Source of the DNA: an uncultured Fibrobacterota bacterium
GTDB lineage: Bacteria; Fibrobacterota; Chitinivibrionia; Chitinivibrionales; FEN-1185
Reading direction: 5' to 3'
DNA length: 64,000 nucleotides
Assembly: GCA_963753345.1 (NCBI GenBank)
Contig: CAVWBU010000027.1
Span: 224,001-288,000 of the forward strand
A model generated the notes under the pieces. The model searched no databases, was not told the origin of the DNA, and worked only from the letters and a program-made list of their open reading frames with translations. Both the position numbers and the translations under genes were made by a program. Shown here one piece after another: positions 9,768 through 20,516 of the stretch (positions are counted from its first letter, which is position 1; each line of letters opens with the position of its first letter).

Positions 9768-12038
9768 ATGGTGCCACGTTCCGGATCAACCCGTTTCATG
9801 TACTGCGCCTTGATCCTTGCGGCGATTTTCTCCAGCTCCCTTTTTGCCGACGAACAATGCGCGCTCACGTTTTCCGGCTGCCCGCAGGCCTTCGACGGTG
9901 ATACCCTGCGAGTTCCGAACAACGTGACCAAACTCTATTCCATGGTGCATGCCTGCAATGCGTCGCAAACGATTCACGGTCGGCGGCGGCGGCGGCACCA
10001 GTTCAATTATTTTCGTTATTGACAATACAGGAAGCATGAAGGGAGACAGGCGGAAACGATCCCGACAGGGGCGCGCTTTACCGTAACAAAAGCTCTGCTC
10101 GATACTCTTTTTGCACATGCACCTCAGACCGAAGTCGGGCTTGTTGTATTCAGGGAACACCTGTTTTTCGATACCACCACCACAGAGTACTACACAAAGT
10201 ACTTCAAAACGGTTCACCCGACTTTGGACAACCAACCGGACCAGGCATATCTTCCATTTTTGGTTCTTAACCAAACGTATGACGGCAAGCTTGGGATCGA
10301 CATCATCAAGGATATCCTCGCCACCGACCCCACGGGCGGAGACCTTCTGTATCAACCGAATTGGACTGAGCCGACCGGCGGCGAAACAAACATAAACGGC
10401 GCTTTTATCGGGGTGAAGCAGGCATTCCAGAGCGCAAAGAACCCGCCGGAGAATCAATACGTCATTTTCATGTCCGATGGCGACCCGGAAGGAACCAACC
10501 AGGCAAATCTCGATCCGCACTGGTTTGATACACCTGCCGGTTGCGCCAACATGCCCACCACGTTCACCGTGTTTTTCATCAAAAACAACGGCGCGGCGCC
10601 CGCCGACATCGTCACCATGACGACCAATATAAAAAACAACGGCTATTCCACCTCAAATCCCAATAGCAATTACTGGTCACTGGGAAATGTGAGCTACACA
10701 AATCTCATGGCCCTCCTGATGAACAATGTCATCACGAACATTCTCTTGTCGGGCAACCCGTCAAAAATGGTTCTCAACGGCACCACGTCTACGATATACG
10801 TCGACAGCTCGTTCTTCTTTGCCGACAGCTTTGCCATCACGGACGTTCCGACACCGGTAAACATGGGCATCACCTACCGGTATGTCAATCCGAAGACGCA
10901 GATCCTCTCGGACACCGTTGTTGCGATCAATTTTTATATCCAGCGGACTTCGCAAGCCACTACGCTTCCGGCCGGAGTGGGAGAGGTGTGTCAGCAGATT
11001 ACGGGGCCGGTGGGAAGCATTCCCGTGACGGCGACGCTTCTTGACAACAACCATGACGGTAAACTTGACGAAATAGATATAAAGTGGACGGTCGATTCAA
11101 CCATCACGGGGACGCCTACGGTAGCCCAGCTTATCCAGTCGCTGGTGATCACCACGCTGGACGGAAAGAAGGACACGCTGCACGCTGCGTCCATCCAAAT
11201 GGATCTGGCCAACAATACGATTCATATTATCTTGACGGAGAATACAGGAAGCACGTACGAAACCGCCTGGCAGCCGAATCCCGCAATCAGCCTCACCAAT
11301 TACCCGATGACGGGATCAGGCAGCTGGTTCGTAATCACTGCGGTAATCGACGGCGCGGCGCCGGTGATAAAAGGCGTATGTTTCCTGCCCACGCCCAGCG
11401 GGGACTCGCTGCATGTCGAGTTCAGCGAACCGCTCCTGGGACAATATCCTTCCGTCAATAACGACACTCTCGTGATGGGGGCAGGCAACAAACAGGCGCT
11501 GTCAGCCGCCGGCGTCCCAACTGCCGCCCCGCAGGGCGACATGGCTTCCTACGGGTTTACCAAGGGTACACTTTCCAGTTCGGACACCCTTACCGTAGAG
11601 GGCGGAAGACCGCCTTTCCCCTTGGAACCGTGCGGCAGTGTTACCATCGTGTCGAATTATATCGTAGGGCCAAGTCCGTTTAATCCGCGAATAAACGTCG
11701 TTCCGCCTGCGTTGCGAAATCCAAACAGCACTTCTCCGACAGGCACGGTCATTGTGGTCGAAATCAACCCGGCCCTGGCGGGGCATTTGCAAACGAATGA
11801 TATAACAGCCACGCTGACGATTCTTGACGCGGTTGGAAACGTGGTCGTTGACAAGACACCAATGTACACCGATGTGAAGGTAAACATTCCGCCCAAGAAG
11901 CTTATCTGGTCATGGGACGGCAAAACCAGAAGCGGCTCGTGGGCCGCGCCGGGTACGTATTTGGCAAGGATCGTCATAACGGACAGCAAAACGGGAGCCA
12001 AACAGTCGATTCATCTGAATGTCGGAGTTAGACGTTAG
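9768..12038 (+). CDS. Secreted VWA-domain protein with C-terminal FlgD-Ig-like sorting domain; frameshifted near 9975-10061
   Basis: Signal peptide in the first frame; MIDAS IIFVIDNTGSMKG in a second frame; long ORF 10224-12038 with FMSDG and WDGK...APGTYLARI; three +1 shifts restore one protein. Confidence 0.75.
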
Positions 12039-12083
12039 CCGATTGCGGGTGAAGGCCCGCAGGCATGCCGCGTCCAGGAACGC

Positions 12084-13322
12084 TTACTGCGGAATTTTAA
12101 TGCGGAATACGGCCTGCGGCCTGACGCGGGGAAAAAGCTGGTGAAGGGCAAGAGCCAGAAGCGTTTGCCCGTCCTGTTTTTCGGGCCGCAGCCGCCGCGC
12201 CGGAGACCCATTGACAGACACGAACGCACTTGTCTTTGACATGCCGGAGAAAGCGCAGGTCGCCGCGGCAAGACCTGCGGCGCGGACCTTCAGCGTATCG
12301 CTGTTCCAGTAGGCGTTTATTCCCGCCCTCGAAGCGTTGTTTTGCAGTTCCCAACCGATGCAGTGTGACGGAACGTTCGGAAACCCCTGTGTAAATTCCC
12401 AGGAAACCGAGTTTCTCGCCTCAGGCCTGCTCCATGTTCGAATGATTGCGGCAAGATTCCCGTATTCCCTCTGCCGGTAATCAAAACCGTGTTCCTCGTC
12501 CGGATATTCCCGGTGTTCCACGCTCACGCCGTTCTGTTCGAGCCAGGAGAGAAACTGCAGCACCTGCTGAAGCGGATAGATGCGGTCGCGTCCGGCGTTG
12601 ATGTTGAGAATCGGCCGCTGCATGAGATTCCCTGGATTGAGCGTGATGCCGAGCGACGCCAGCATGCCGCCGTATCCGGATATGGCGATGAATCCCGCAA
12701 ACGGATCGCAGATCGTATTCGCCGCGCAATAGCACCCGGTCGCGCCGTCCGAAACGCCGGCAAGAAAAATCTTGTCCGGGTTGATCGGATAGCAGAGCGT
12801 CATGAACCTTACGGTCTGCAGGATCCGGGACATTCCGGCCGGACTCCACCATGGCGCGTACCTGTTTGCCGACGGGCTTGCCAGAAACAGGTTAAAGGTG
12901 TCCGCGAGGGTGGAGAGCATGGCGTAGGCAAGTTCTCCCTTTGTGGTGAGCTCGGTGCCTGTTCCTCCATGGAGATATACAATGAGGGGATAGACCGTGT
13001 CGTACCGCACCTGTGCCGGCGTCTTCCAGCCCACGGTGTAGGATGCATTGAACTTATCGACGAGCACGGTCGTCTTCGCACCGCAGGCGCCGCGGTATAT
13101 CTGCTGCGCCGCAAGGGCGATTGAATCTTGCTTGTCAACAAAGCCCCTGTACGACAGCAGGGAATCGGCGAGGGCGGGGGAAGGGTTCAAAAACCACCGG
13201 CCGTACAGGTCGGCGGCATGCGGCGGCAGGGCCGTCTGCGCGTGGCAACCCGAAAGCAGAACACACGCCGCAAGAGAAAGAGGCGCTATGCACTGGAAAA
13301 GAAAACGGATATGGAGGATCAT
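12084..13322 (-). CDS. Alpha/beta-hydrolase (esterase-like) lipoprotein
   Basis: Lipobox LLSGC; YLHGG; nucleophile elbow GVSDG; D..YP and EEHGF. Confidence 0.8.
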   Translation of the reverse strand: MILHIRFLFQCIAPLSLAACVLLSGCHAQTALPPHAADLYGRWFLNPSPALADSLLSYRGFVDKQDSIALAAQQIYRGACGAKTTVLVDKFNASYTVGWKTPAQVRYDTVYPLIVYLHGGTGTELTTKGELAYAMLSTLADTFNLFLASPSANRYAPWWSPAGMSRILQTVRFMTLCYPINPDKIFLAGVSDGATGCYCAANTICDPFAGFIAISGYGGMLASLGITLNPGNLMQRPILNINAGRDRIYPLQQVLQFLSWLEQNGVSVEHREYPDEEHGFDYRQREYGNLAAIIRTWSRPEARNSVSWEFTQGFPNVPSHCIGWELQNNASRAGINAYWNSDTLKVRAAGLAAATCAFSGMSKTSAFVSVNGSPARRLRPEKQDGQTLLALALHQLFPRVRPQAVFRIKIPQ

Positions 13323-13347
13323 GGAGGCGCAACTGCGGCAGAAGGCC

Positions 13348-13710
13348 TTACGAAGGGCCGGCAGTCACGCTGCGTTCGAAATCGGCGCGCGAGCGGTGAA
13401 TGGGGACAAAAGAATCAAAGCCCACAATGGTGATAATTCCCATTATGTCTTCGTTGACGCCGAAGACCGCCAATCCGCCCTGCTTTTCCTTGAGCCGATT
13501 CTGGTAGTTGAGCATGAGGGTCATGGCGCTGGAATCGAGGTGCGTTGTTTTGGTTAAGTCGAGAGCGACGTACGGCCTCGGCTTTTCCTTGAGCGGCTCA
13601 AGTTCTTTTCTGATTTCGCCGACGAATTTTATGACGAATTTTCCTTCAACAGTGACGATATTCCAGGAATTCCACGTTTCCACGGAAACTTTGATGGGTG
13701 ATTCTTCCAT
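13348..13710 (-). CDS. STAS-domain anti-sigma factor antagonist
   Basis: LDLTKTTHLDSSAM motif; 120 aa. Confidence 0.9.
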   Translation of the reverse strand: MEESPIKVSVETWNSWNIVTVEGKFVIKFVGEIRKELEPLKEKPRPYVALDLTKTTHLDSSAMTLMLNYQNRLKEKQGGLAVFGVNEDIMGIITIVGFDSFVPIHRSRADFERSVTAGPS

Positions 13711-13913
13711 GTCATCCGCTTTCCCGGCATTAAGCCGCGCGACGATGAAGGTTCCCGATCCGAAGGCAGTCGGTGCGATGCCGCACCTTTATTAAAAATA
13801 ATTGTTGTCCTCTTCAAGGCAAGCGCAAAGTAACGAGCAGGGGAAATGAGCCGGATCGGCACAACGCTGTTCTGTTTGCCGTGCAGGCGTCGCCGCCGCG
13901 CCGGTCTGCTGCG

Positions 13914-15086
13914 TCACGCGGATGCGCGCATTCCCGGGTAAAGCTCGTATTCGTACAGCCTGCATTCTATTGTTCCATTGACAAACGGTGTCTTTCTTCC
14001 CGACTTGAGGCCGATTTTCTTCACAAGGTCGAAATTTCCCGAAAATACATATCCCCTATATCCGGCGCAGCGGCGTTTGAGAAAGTTTCCTATTCCCGCA
14101 TATACCGCGGGAAGCAGATCAGGCGAGCCCAGGCGGTGGCCGTACTCAGGATTGAAGATGACGACGCCTTTTCCCTCCGGCACCTTTGTTTCGTCGAATT
14201 TGCACTCGGCAAATTCTATCCATGAATCCACTGCGGCCCCACGCGCATTTTCTCTGGCGTTTGCAATTGCGGACGGGGCGATGTCGGTGGCGATAATTCT
14301 GCAATCGGGAGCCGGCTTCTCGCGCTCCTTCAGGCCGGCACGAATGTGAGCATAAAAATCCCGATCATACGGCACCAGATGCATGAAACCGAAGTTGTTT
14401 CGCAGCGTGCCGGGTTTGCGGTGAACCGCACGAAGCGCCGCTTCGATGGCAAGCGTTCCGCTGCCGCACATCGGGTTTACAAAGTGCATGGTTTCGTCCC
14501 ATCGCGTGGCGCGAATGACGCCCGCGGCAAGCGTTTCCTGCATCGGAGCGCTGCCGGGACGAAGGCGGTACCCGCGACGTGCGAGTGCCTCGCCGGACGT
14601 GTCGATGTAGAGCATGCAGCGATCGTCGCGCCAGTACAAATGCACCACCGCGCCGTCCCTGCGCGGTCCGCTGTCGCACCGGCTACCGGTTTTGGTCGCA
14701 AGCCTGTCGACGATGGCGTCTTTGCACCTGAGATTGGCAAAGCGCGTGTCGGTGATCGATGCCGTTCGAACCGTGGAGGTCACGGTGAGCGTAGTGTCGA
14801 GCGGGATCAGCCGCTCCCAATCAAGCGAAAAGACCGCGGCATACAGTTCGTCCGGCGTCGCGCACTTTTGAGCAAGAACCTGGTACAGAACATGGTGGGC
14901 CGTGGACAGAACAAGGTTGAGGCGCACGCAGTCGTTGAGCGTTCCGCGCGTCCCGACGCCGGTCGGGAATTGCGCCGCTACGGGCAGGCCGGCCTCTTTT
15001 ATGTCAAGCGCAACAAAATCCGCCAGCCCCTTGGGGCAGGTTACCAGGATGTGCGACTCATCCCGCGTGAAATCGTGTGGTATCAT
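13914..15086 (-). CDS. THUMP-domain class I SAM-dependent RNA methyltransferase (RlmL N-half-like)
   Basis: IDTSGEALARRGYR; APMQETLAAG; NPMCGSGTLAIEAA; NPEYG. Confidence 0.9.
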   Translation of the reverse strand: MIPHDFTRDESHILVTCPKGLADFVALDIKEAGLPVAAQFPTGVGTRGTLNDCVRLNLVLSTAHHVLYQVLAQKCATPDELYAAVFSLDWERLIPLDTTLTVTSTVRTASITDTRFANLRCKDAIVDRLATKTGSRCDSGPRRDGAVVHLYWRDDRCMLYIDTSGEALARRGYRLRPGSAPMQETLAAGVIRATRWDETMHFVNPMCGSGTLAIEAALRAVHRKPGTLRNNFGFMHLVPYDRDFYAHIRAGLKEREKPAPDCRIIATDIAPSAIANARENARGAAVDSWIEFAECKFDETKVPEGKGVVIFNPEYGHRLGSPDLLPAVYAGIGNFLKRRCAGYRGYVFSGNFDLVKKIGLKSGRKTPFVNGTIECRLYEYELYPGMRASA

Positions 15087-15159
15087 GAGACACCGCCTTC
15101 AGAAGGCAACATACCCAACGTGTCCAGCGAAAAAGACGAACCGCCGGAAGTGAGTGAGG

Positions 15160-17409
15160 TCATTGGTTACCGGATATACCTTTCTCGTCGCACATTGCCG
15201 CAACCAGCGGGTGCCACCGGGGAACGGCGTATGTCACGGCGGGTGAGTGCGATGTGCCGAACGTTGCTATCGCAGCGCCCCTGGTTACCGAGGGGGTATC
15301 GAGGAAATCGCCAAACATGATTGATGCATTTTTCATCTTCACTTCAAAACGGCGGAACACGGCGCGCTCTTCCCCGGGGACGCCGGCATCGAGAACCAGT
15401 GAGCATCCCGGTGACGGCGAAAAAGCGCATCGCGGAATTGCCGCGGAACATCGTACGCGATATTCCCGGGCGAACGCGAGAAAGTCCGGACATGATGAAA
15501 GGGTGCTTTCCGGGGCAAAAATTCTCTCAACATGATTGTCAATAAGTAAGGGCTCAACGGCCTGCACCATGGTGCAGGGGTTGTCCGAAAGAGCAATCGC
15601 GCCGATTCCCGGACCGGGCGCCTGTCTGAGCCAGGGTTCAATGACCCTGGCGTACGTTGTTCCGGTGATCGCCTTGCCGTCAAGTCCGGCTATCCACACG
15701 CTGTGGTTGGGCCAGCGGACGGCTGCGCAATGCGACTTTGCTATCTGGAAAAATACCACCTGCGACGGAGCGCTGTGCCATTGCCACAGGACAAGCACGA
15801 CAAGCGCGGCGGCACAAACAATTCCCGCAACGCAAAAGTAACGTTTCACCAAGGCGGGCCGTACGGCGCAGATTCCCAGAAGAAAGACCCCGAAAAGAGC
15901 ATACGCTGCGGGCAACAGGCGAGGCAGCTCGATTGCCGAGAGCTGCGAGTCCGCCGACAACGCCGCTGCGCTGCCTATCATCAATCCGACGCAGCATTCC
16001 GCCGCGGCCATCACCAACGGCACGAGGGGAGGGAACACAATCTGCAGAAGAAATCCCGCCATTGAAAACCACATAGAGACCGACATGAGGAACACCGCGA
16101 ACAGGTTTACAATGATTCCCGAGAGCGAAAGCGTCCCGAAATGGTAGGCAAGAACCGGCGCAGAGGCCAGAAACGCGGCCAGCGAAACAGAGAAAGGCGC
16201 GGCCAGCGGCGAAAAAAGTTTTTTCGTGGGGAAAACCGGAACATCGCGCCAAAGCCTCAGGAAGACAGGAGAAAGCAGTACAATTCCGGCAGTTGCGCAA
16301 AAGGAAAGCTGGTAACCGGGCGTCAGAAGCGACAAAGGTGAAAACAGGAGCCAGACGATTCCCGCGATGCCCAGCGAATTGAGTACCTGCGGCCTTCTTT
16401 GAAAGAGAAACGAAACCATCACCATGGTTGTCATGACGACAGCGCGGAAAAGCGAGGGAATAGACCCTATGAAAAAAAGATACGACCAAACGAAGATAAT
16501 AACAATGCCGGCTTTTGCTTCCCGTGGAATAGGCACCAGCAGAAGAAGCGCGAAAAGCGCGGCGGAAACGATGGCGACATTGAATCCGGACAAGGCAAGC
16601 AGGTGATAAATGCCCGCCTTGAAGAAAACACTTTTCATGCTGTCCGAGATATCGCTTCTGTCATTGAGGAACGAGGCGACAATAATTGCGCGGTAGTCGC
16701 TGTTTCGAATTTGCTCGGAGGCACGGTAGACCGTGCGGCGGGCAAATCCCGTTAGCCGCTGCCACGCCCCGTGTTTTTCCCTGCATGAGACAATGGAGTC
16801 GCAATAGAACCTTCCCCAGACGCCGCGTGACATGCAGTAAAGATAGTCGTCGAATGCGCCCGGGTTGAGCGCGGGGCGCGGAGGCACGAAACGTCCTGCA
16901 AGCAAAACCTTCCCTGCAATGCAGGGCTCTTGCGCGCTTCGGCATTCAATCACCCGGTGCCGGAAAGCAGACCCTGCGTTTCTTGAAAAAAGGGAATCGC
17001 TTCTGACAAGGAATACAAAGCCTCCGCCGGAAGTTTCAGGCGAAGAAATAACCGTTCCGCTCAGCGTTGCATGCGCCACGCCGGACAAAAACGGTCGCGC
17101 CCGGAGGTATTCGGCCTGCTGGCCGCCAACGGACCATCCTGCAGCTGCCGCGCCGGCCAGGAAAAAGGCGACGCACCGCGTCTGCGGACGCGCGCACAAC
17201 AGGCCGCCGCACACCGACAAAAAGATTGCAGAAGGGAAAACGACATCATACAATATCAAGGACAAATGCACGGGCCGGAGCGCATAGTACCCAGCGAGGA
17301 TGCCGGCCGAAAGTCCGGCCCATCCCACAAGACCGGGGAGCAGCAGCCAACCGTTGATGACGGGGAAGATCCCGGCGGCACGAGGCGGATGTTTCGTGGA
17401 ACGGCTCAT
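15160..17409 (-). CDS. comEC: ComEC/Rec2 competence channel protein
   Basis: NPGAFD; AGIYHLLALSGFNV; PSLFRAVVM; GYQLSF; many transmembrane segments. Confidence 0.9.
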   Translation of the reverse strand: MSRSTKHPPRAAGIFPVINGWLLLPGLVGWAGLSAGILAGYYALRPVHLSLILYDVVFPSAIFLSVCGGLLCARPQTRCVAFFLAGAAAAGWSVGGQQAEYLRARPFLSGVAHATLSGTVISSPETSGGGFVFLVRSDSLFSRNAGSAFRHRVIECRSAQEPCIAGKVLLAGRFVPPRPALNPGAFDDYLYCMSRGVWGRFYCDSIVSCREKHGAWQRLTGFARRTVYRASEQIRNSDYRAIIVASFLNDRSDISDSMKSVFFKAGIYHLLALSGFNVAIVSAALFALLLLVPIPREAKAGIVIIFVWSYLFFIGSIPSLFRAVVMTTMVMVSFLFQRRPQVLNSLGIAGIVWLLFSPLSLLTPGYQLSFCATAGIVLLSPVFLRLWRDVPVFPTKKLFSPLAAPFSVSLAAFLASAPVLAYHFGTLSLSGIIVNLFAVFLMSVSMWFSMAGFLLQIVFPPLVPLVMAAAECCVGLMIGSAAALSADSQLSAIELPRLLPAAYALFGVFLLGICAVRPALVKRYFCVAGIVCAAALVVLVLWQWHSAPSQVVFFQIAKSHCAAVRWPNHSVWIAGLDGKAITGTTYARVIEPWLRQAPGPGIGAIALSDNPCTMVQAVEPLLIDNHVERIFAPESTLSSCPDFLAFAREYRVRCSAAIPRCAFSPSPGCSLVLDAGVPGEERAVFRRFEVKMKNASIMFGDFLDTPSVTRGAAIATFGTSHSPAVTYAVPRWHPLVAAMCDEKGISGNQ

Positions 17410-17470
17410 CGGCTATCAAAATACGATTTTGTGCAAACCCTGAACCGATAAAAGGCGTCCGGAGACGGCG

Positions 17471-18406
17471 ATGAGCGCATTTTCAAAGACCGACAAATGC
17501 ATTCTTGTGGTTGACGACGAAAAGGAAATGCGCGAGATGATCGTTGACTACCTGGAGATGGAGGGATATGCCGTGCTGGGGGCCGCAAACGGCCGGGAGG
17601 CGCTCGATACGTTTCTGCCCAATCACGCCATCGACCTTGTTCTCTCGGACATCAACATGCCGGTGATGAAGGGTTTTGAACTGCTCAAGGAGGTGCGCGC
17701 ATTGTATCCGGGCATCAAGCGGGTCCTCATTACCGCATACAATGTTGAAGACTATCTCGAACTTGCCATGAAGCACGACGTGGGAAACATCTTTGTCAAG
17801 TCAACGCCGTTTGACTTCCAAGAACTATCCGCCATCCTCGAAAGCCTTCTTTCCGGCGACATTTTCGGTTTGTCAAAGTACTTTGACAAACCGATACTGG
17901 AGAAGACCTTTGTCATTCGGAAGGGAAACAGGCTCGACGAATACGCCAGGGAAATAGTGTCGCACCTCCCCAACGTCTCCAATGCAAAGAAGATTGAGCT
18001 TGTGCTTGTCGAACTCATCGCCAATGCGGTTTTTTACGGCATCAGGAAAGAAAACTCCGAAGACAAGCAAGAATGGGTGTATAACTTTGAAATGGCGGAA
18101 AACGAAGCTCCGCGCGTCACCCTTATCGCAGATATGGAAAAGTTCGGCATATCCGTGATCGACAGCGGAGGCAGGCTGAGCAAGAACGATGTGCTGTACT
18201 GGCTCAACAGGCAGGTCACGCGCGGCGAAACCGGATTACCGCTCGGCGCGTACGACTCCCATGGAAGGGGATTATTCATCGCCAGGGAATACATCGACAG
18301 ACTTATCATCAACATCGACAAAAACGTGCAAACCGAGGTCATTATCATCAAGTATCTCACCCAGAACTACTCGGGGTATAAGCCCCTGCATATTAATGAA
18401 ATATGA
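17471..18406 (+). CDS. Response regulator with RsbW-like HATPase output domain
   Basis: REC ILVVDDE...SDINMP; ELIANAVFYG; VIDSGG; HGRGLFI. Confidence 0.85.
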   Translation: MSAFSKTDKCILVVDDEKEMREMIVDYLEMEGYAVLGAANGREALDTFLPNHAIDLVLSDINMPVMKGFELLKEVRALYPGIKRVLITAYNVEDYLELAMKHDVGNIFVKSTPFDFQELSAILESLLSGDIFGLSKYFDKPILEKTFVIRKGNRLDEYAREIVSHLPNVSNAKKIELVLVELIANAVFYGIRKENSEDKQEWVYNFEMAENEAPRVTLIADMEKFGISVIDSGGRLSKNDVLYWLNRQVTRGETGLPLGAYDSHGRGLFIAREYIDRLIINIDKNVQTEVIIIKYLTQNYSGYKPLHINEI

Positions 18407-19344
18407 TGCTTTCGTCAAGGGTTGCCGCAGGTCCTGCAAAACTGCCGCTGGTTGAATACCTGGCCGGCCGGTTCACCTATCTTACCAAAGAGGAATGGCG
18501 GGCCAGGATTCTTGATCAACGCGTTTTCGTCAACCAAAATCCGTCGGCGCCCGAGGCTGTTGTGGGCACGGGCGATCGGATCAGCTACATGCTGCAGGAA
18601 CTTTCCGAACCGGAAGCGGATACCAACTACGCGACGTTGTACGAGGACGATTGGATTGTTGCAATCAACAAACCGGGCAATCTTCTGGTTCACCGGGCCG
18701 GCGTATCGATTACCCGGAACCTGGTCTATCTGCTTCGTCATGCGTCGGGGAATCCAGCCTATTCATCAATCCACTCGGTGAGCAGGCTCGATCGCGAAAC
18801 GTCGGGACTCGTGCTGTTCGCAAAGAGCGCAGACTCTCTGCGGACTCTGCACAGGGCCTTTGCGGCGAAAGCCGTTGAAAAGGAATATGTCGCGGTGGTC
18901 CACAACGCACCGGCCGAACAAATCATGTCGGTGAATCTGCCGATCGGTCCCGCCGTGGCTTCGGCCGTGCACTACAAGTTCGCCGTGGATTCGGCGCACG
19001 GGAAGGCCGCGAGCACCGTTATCGAGAAGGTGAGCTGCGCCGGCAATTTTTCCCTGGTGCGTGCAAGACCGCTCACCGGAAGGACACATCAGATCCGGAT
19101 CCACCTTGCCGCCATCGGCAACCCCGTGGTCGGCGACAAGCTGTACGGCATGCCGGAATCGGATTACCTGGCATGGCGCAGCAACCCGAAGGGGCATGTG
19201 CATCTGCTCGAGTTTCCGCGTCAGGCGCTTCATTGCCGCAGGCTTGTCTTTGCGCATCCGGCAACGGGGAAGACGCTGTCGCTTGAGGCGCCGCTGCCCG
19301 AAGACATGCTCGGGCTCATCAGGAGACTTGGATTGACTTTATAG
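18403..19344 (+). CDS. RluA-family pseudouridine synthase
   Basis: NKPGNL; SRLDRETSG; LTGRTHQIRIH; GDKLYG; RQALH. Confidence 0.95.
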   Translation: MMLSSRVAAGPAKLPLVEYLAGRFTYLTKEEWRARILDQRVFVNQNPSAPEAVVGTGDRISYMLQELSEPEADTNYATLYEDDWIVAINKPGNLLVHRAGVSITRNLVYLLRHASGNPAYSSIHSVSRLDRETSGLVLFAKSADSLRTLHRAFAAKAVEKEYVAVVHNAPAEQIMSVNLPIGPAVASAVHYKFAVDSAHGKAASTVIEKVSCAGNFSLVRARPLTGRTHQIRIHLAAIGNPVVGDKLYGMPESDYLAWRSNPKGHVHLLEFPRQALHCRRLVFAHPATGKTLSLEAPLPEDMLGLIRRLGLTL

Positions 19345-20077
19345 AAGTTTGAGGCCGAGGCTGTTCCAAAGCCTGTCCTTCCTTTTCGCTCGCGCCATAG
19401 GGCGGGACCCGCGTGTTAAACATCACCACCATTTCGCCCCGCGGAGGTTTTTGTGCAAAATGCGCAAGCAGGGACGCCGGGGTGCCGCGAAGAAATTCCT
19501 CGTGGATTTTGGTGATCTCCCGCGCGATCACCACCGACACGGCGCCCAGGATTTCCTTCATGTCCTCAAGCACCTTAACAATGCGGAACGGCGCTTCATA
19601 GAAAACAACCGTCCGCGGCTCGCTGCGCATCCCCTCGAAGAAGCGCCGGCGCCTGCCGCTTTTCACGGGGAGAAAGTTTTCAAAAATAAACCTGTCGGTG
19701 GGAAGGCCGCCGCACGCCAGCGCCGCGATGGCCGCGCACGCTCCCGGTACCGGAACAACCGGTATGCCTTCCCGTACGGCCGCGCGCACAAGATAGAACG
19801 CCTCGTCCGCAACACCCGGCGTTCCCGCATCGCAGATGATTGCAACGTCCTGTCCCTCCTTGAGCATGGCAATGATGCGCGGCGTGAGCTTTTCCTTGTT
19901 GAAATCATGGAACGCCAGCACCTGCGGCGCAGCGCCGATATGGTCGAGAAGCACCCGCGATCTCCGCGTGTCTTCGGCAAGAACCACACCCGCGGCGGCA
20001 AGAATTTTCTTCGCCCTGACCGTGATATCGTCAAGGTTTCCGATGGGAGTGGAAACAACGTGAAGGGCGGCCATCAT
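19319..20077 (-). CDS. rsmI: 16S rRNA (cytidine1402-2'-O)-methyltransferase
   Basis: STPIGNLDDIT; AEDTR; DAGTPG; REITKIHEEF. Confidence 0.95.
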   Translation of the reverse strand: MMAALHVVSTPIGNLDDITVRAKKILAAAGVVLAEDTRRSRVLLDHIGAAPQVLAFHDFNKEKLTPRIIAMLKEGQDVAIICDAGTPGVADEAFYLVRAAVREGIPVVPVPGACAAIAALACGGLPTDRFIFENFLPVKSGRRRRFFEGMRSEPRTVVFYEAPFRIVKVLEDMKEILGAVSVVIAREITKIHEEFLRGTPASLLAHFAQKPPRGEMVVMFNTRVPPYGASEKEGQALEQPRPQTSIKSIQVS

Positions 20078-20090
20078 TATCCTTCCGGTT

Positions 20091-20516
20091 TCACGATGCG
20101 GGCGGTGACTGAGTTTCCCTCTGAAATTGCTCAATGATGAGGCATGCGGCAATCCGGTCGATATTCTCTTTTTTCCTGCGCGACTTCCGCTTCCGGTAAA
20201 GCAGGATATCATTGGCCCGCATCGACGTGAAGCTCTCGTCGACAAAATGGACCGGCTCCGGGGTTTTCTGCGCAAGCTGCAAGGCAAATGCGCGGATTTC
20301 CAGGGACATTTTCGTGTCGCCTCCGTCGGCGTCGAGCGGAAGCCCAACCACGATTTGTGAAGCGCGCTCCTCCTTGACAATAGTCACAAGCGCATCCAGA
20401 TAATTGGGGCGTGTCTTTCTGTCAATGGTGGGAAGGCTTCGAATGAACTCACCGTTTTCGTCGGTCGTGGCGATGCCGATCCTGCGGCGCCCGTAATCAA
20501 TGCCGATGAGCTTCAT
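20091..20516 (-). CDS. ruvX: RuvX/YqgF family resolvase-like protein
   Basis: IGIDYGRRRIGIA; VVGLP; VDESFTS; IDRIAACLII. Confidence 0.95.
   Translation of the reverse strand: MKLIGIDYGRRRIGIATTDENGEFIRSLPTIDRKTRPNYLDALVTIVKEERASQIVVGLPLDADGGDTKMSLEIRAFALQLAQKTPEPVHFVDESFTSMRANDILLYRKRKSRRKKENIDRIAACLIIEQFQRETQSPPAS

Noticed and set aside
9970-10065. Programmed frameshifting or phase variation in the VWA gene
   Set aside because: Three separate +1 bases within 90 bp look like sequencing/assembly errors; the GGC run is a triplet repeat and would not shift frame. Needs a read check.
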